The position numbers and the translations under genes are program-made. A stretch of 24,000 nt of DNA from an uncultured Methanosarcinales archaeon (GTDB lineage Archaea > Nanobdellota > Nanobdellia > Woesearchaeales > GW2011-AR9). The stretch spans positions 135,496 to 159,495 of the forward strand of contig CAYFMJ010000002.1 of assembly GCA_964344235.1 (NCBI GenBank). Reading direction: 5' to 3'. Of the stretch, positions 22,962 through 24,000 are shown in pieces (positions within the stretch are counted from its first letter, which is position 1; each line of letters starts with the position of its first letter). The notes beneath the pieces are model-generated. The model did not search any database and was not told the DNA's origin. It was given only the letters and a program-made list of their open reading frames with translations.

Positions 22962-23557
22962 GCGATATAAAATTTTTCAACAGATGGAGTGCTGGGGGAG
23001 TTACAGTGGAAGATCTTGGCTTACAAAAATACATGGCGCTTGATCCGCGAATTGTTCCGAAGACTGGCGCACGATATGCTGGAAATCGATTCCATAAATC
23101 ACAGACATTTATTGTTGAAAGATTAGCATCAAAGTTAATGAGTTCAGGTCACAAAGGGAAGAAACATTTTATGAGTTCTGGCCACAATACTGGGAAGAAA
23201 ACAAAAGTATTGAAAGTGGTTGAGAGTGCGTTGGCGAAAGCAGAAGCAAAGTTGAACGTAAACCCTCTCGCTATCGTTGTGAAAGCTATTGAGAATGCAG
23301 CACCTCGGGAAGAAGTTATTGCAATTGAGTATGGAGGAGCACGATATCCGAAAGCTGTTGACGTAGCGCCTCAGAGACGAATTGATTTAGTTCTGAAATT
23401 TATGGTACAGGGAGCGTATTCTAAGTCATTTAACAAGAAAAAGAGTATTGAAGATGCACTGGCAGAAGAATTAATCGCAGCATTTCAGTCAAGTGCTAAG
23501 AGTAATGCAATCGCTAAAAAGAGAGATTTAGAGCGACAGGCTGCAAGTAGTAAATAA
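22958..23557 (+). CDS. rps7: 30S ribosomal protein S7 (uS7)
   Basis: '[38 protein letters not shown]'. ATGA overlap with rps12. Confidence 0.93.
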   Translation: MSDIKFFNRWSAGGVTVEDLGLQKYMALDPRIVPKTGARYAGNRFHKSQTFIVERLASKLMSSGHKGKKHFMSSGHNTGKKTKVLKVVESALAKAEAKLNVNPLAIVVKAIENAAPREEVIAIEYGGARYPKAVDVAPQRRIDLVLKFMVQGAYSKSFNKKKSIEDALAEELIAAFQSSAKSNAIAKKRDLERQAASSK

Positions 23558-23559
23558 AT

Positions 23560-24000
23560 ATGAGTTCTGATATTGTCTATGGGCATGTTGAACGTTATGT
23601 CGCCGCTCATTTAGGGAGGGACCCATGGATTCCGCTAAAATTGCGTGATATTGCTCTGTACGTTTTAGAGGAAGGGATTGTTGGAAGTCTTGATGAAGAT
23701 GCACGGAAAGAAGTCGGACCGGCAGTTTCTCTTGCTCTAGGTGGAAACTTTCAAAACATGCCCAAATTTACCTCTGATGTCGTTGATAGAACCAGGGAAG
23801 TTAGAGCGACTGTTGAAGATAATTATAGTGCTCTTGGTCTAGAGCCGTTTGGATTGAGAATAGCTTATTTTTGCAGTTTTTCTGCAAGACCCCAATATCA
23901 ACAAGTGGATTATCTTAGTAAATTGATGAGTGTTGTTGAGATGGAATTTGGTGGTGAGGCATGGTCTTTAAATCAATTGTGGCCTGCATTAGCAAGTCAA
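23560..24000 (+). CDS. hypothetical protein, 5' partial view (147 codons, runs off the window)
   Basis: My own translation from the ATG at 23560 (MSSDIVYGHVERYVAAHLGRDPWIPLKLRDIALYV...) has no stop up to 24000. It is not in the ORF track because it is open-ended. It starts 2 nt after the rps7 stop. It lacks the EF-2 GTPase N-terminus that usually follows rps7. Confidence 0.5.
   Translation, partial: MSSDIVYGHVERYVAAHLGRDPWIPLKLRDIALYVLEEGIVGSLDEDARKEVGPAVSLALGGNFQNMPKFTSDVVDRTREVRATVEDNYSALGLEPFGLRIAYFCSFSARPQYQQVDYLSKLMSVVEMEFGGEAWSLNQLWPALASQ

Noticed and set aside
23138-23206. Apparent in-frame tandem duplication in rps7 ([11 protein letters not shown] / [12 protein letters not shown])
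   Set aside because: The corresponding region of other archaeal S7 proteins, as I recall for Pyrococcus, has a similar length and a similar internally repetitive basic loop. It is probably an ancestral feature rather than a recent duplication.
1-24000. Scan for CRISPR arrays, IS elements/transposases, integrases and rRNA
   Set aside because: I saw no regularly spaced direct repeats, no terminal inverted repeats flanking ORFs, no DDE or tyrosine-recombinase motifs in any frame, and no rRNA-like stretches.

Overview
This looks like an AT-rich (roughly 40% GC by eye) archaeal chromosome segment, probably from a small-genome DPANN- or euryarchaeal-type lineage. The evidence is a canonical archaeal cluster rpoH-rpoB''-rpoB'-rpoA'-rpoA''-rpl30e-nusA-rps12-rps7 (14516-23557, split rpoB), a pfdA-ftsY pair, and BRE/TATA boxes centred about 25-27 nt upstream of start codons, implying mostly leaderless mRNAs. 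Other housekeeping genes are a bacterial-type but short AlaRS, an MtaB-like tRNA methylthiotransferase and a HAD phosphatase. The accessory part carries three unusual things. (1) All four tRNA genes contain introns, seven in total by my hand folding. Two unrelated tRNAs each have a 32-nt intron at T-loop position 59/60. A third tRNA has an 86-nt anticodon-loop intron plus a 19-nt variable-region intron with a near-textbook bulge-helix-bulge motif. (2) There are two paralogous free-standing LAGLIDADG homing-endonuclease genes. One sits in a cassette that separates a promoter-bearing 21-codon stub of the methylthiotransferase gene from the intact gene, whose own first 21 codons are a diverged copy of the stub. 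The other abuts the unusual tRNA and reads antisense through its 3' exon. (3) A minus-strand two-gene unit (diverged aspartokinase-like protein plus an unrecognisable 256-aa protein) uses amino acids differently from the core genes. Both tRNA-Lys and tRNA-Gly lie 9 and 18 nt upstream of protein-coding genes, leaving no room for promoters. I found no CRISPR array, rRNA, transposase or integrase. All tRNA folds, intron boundaries and family assignments were made by eye and need software confirmation.
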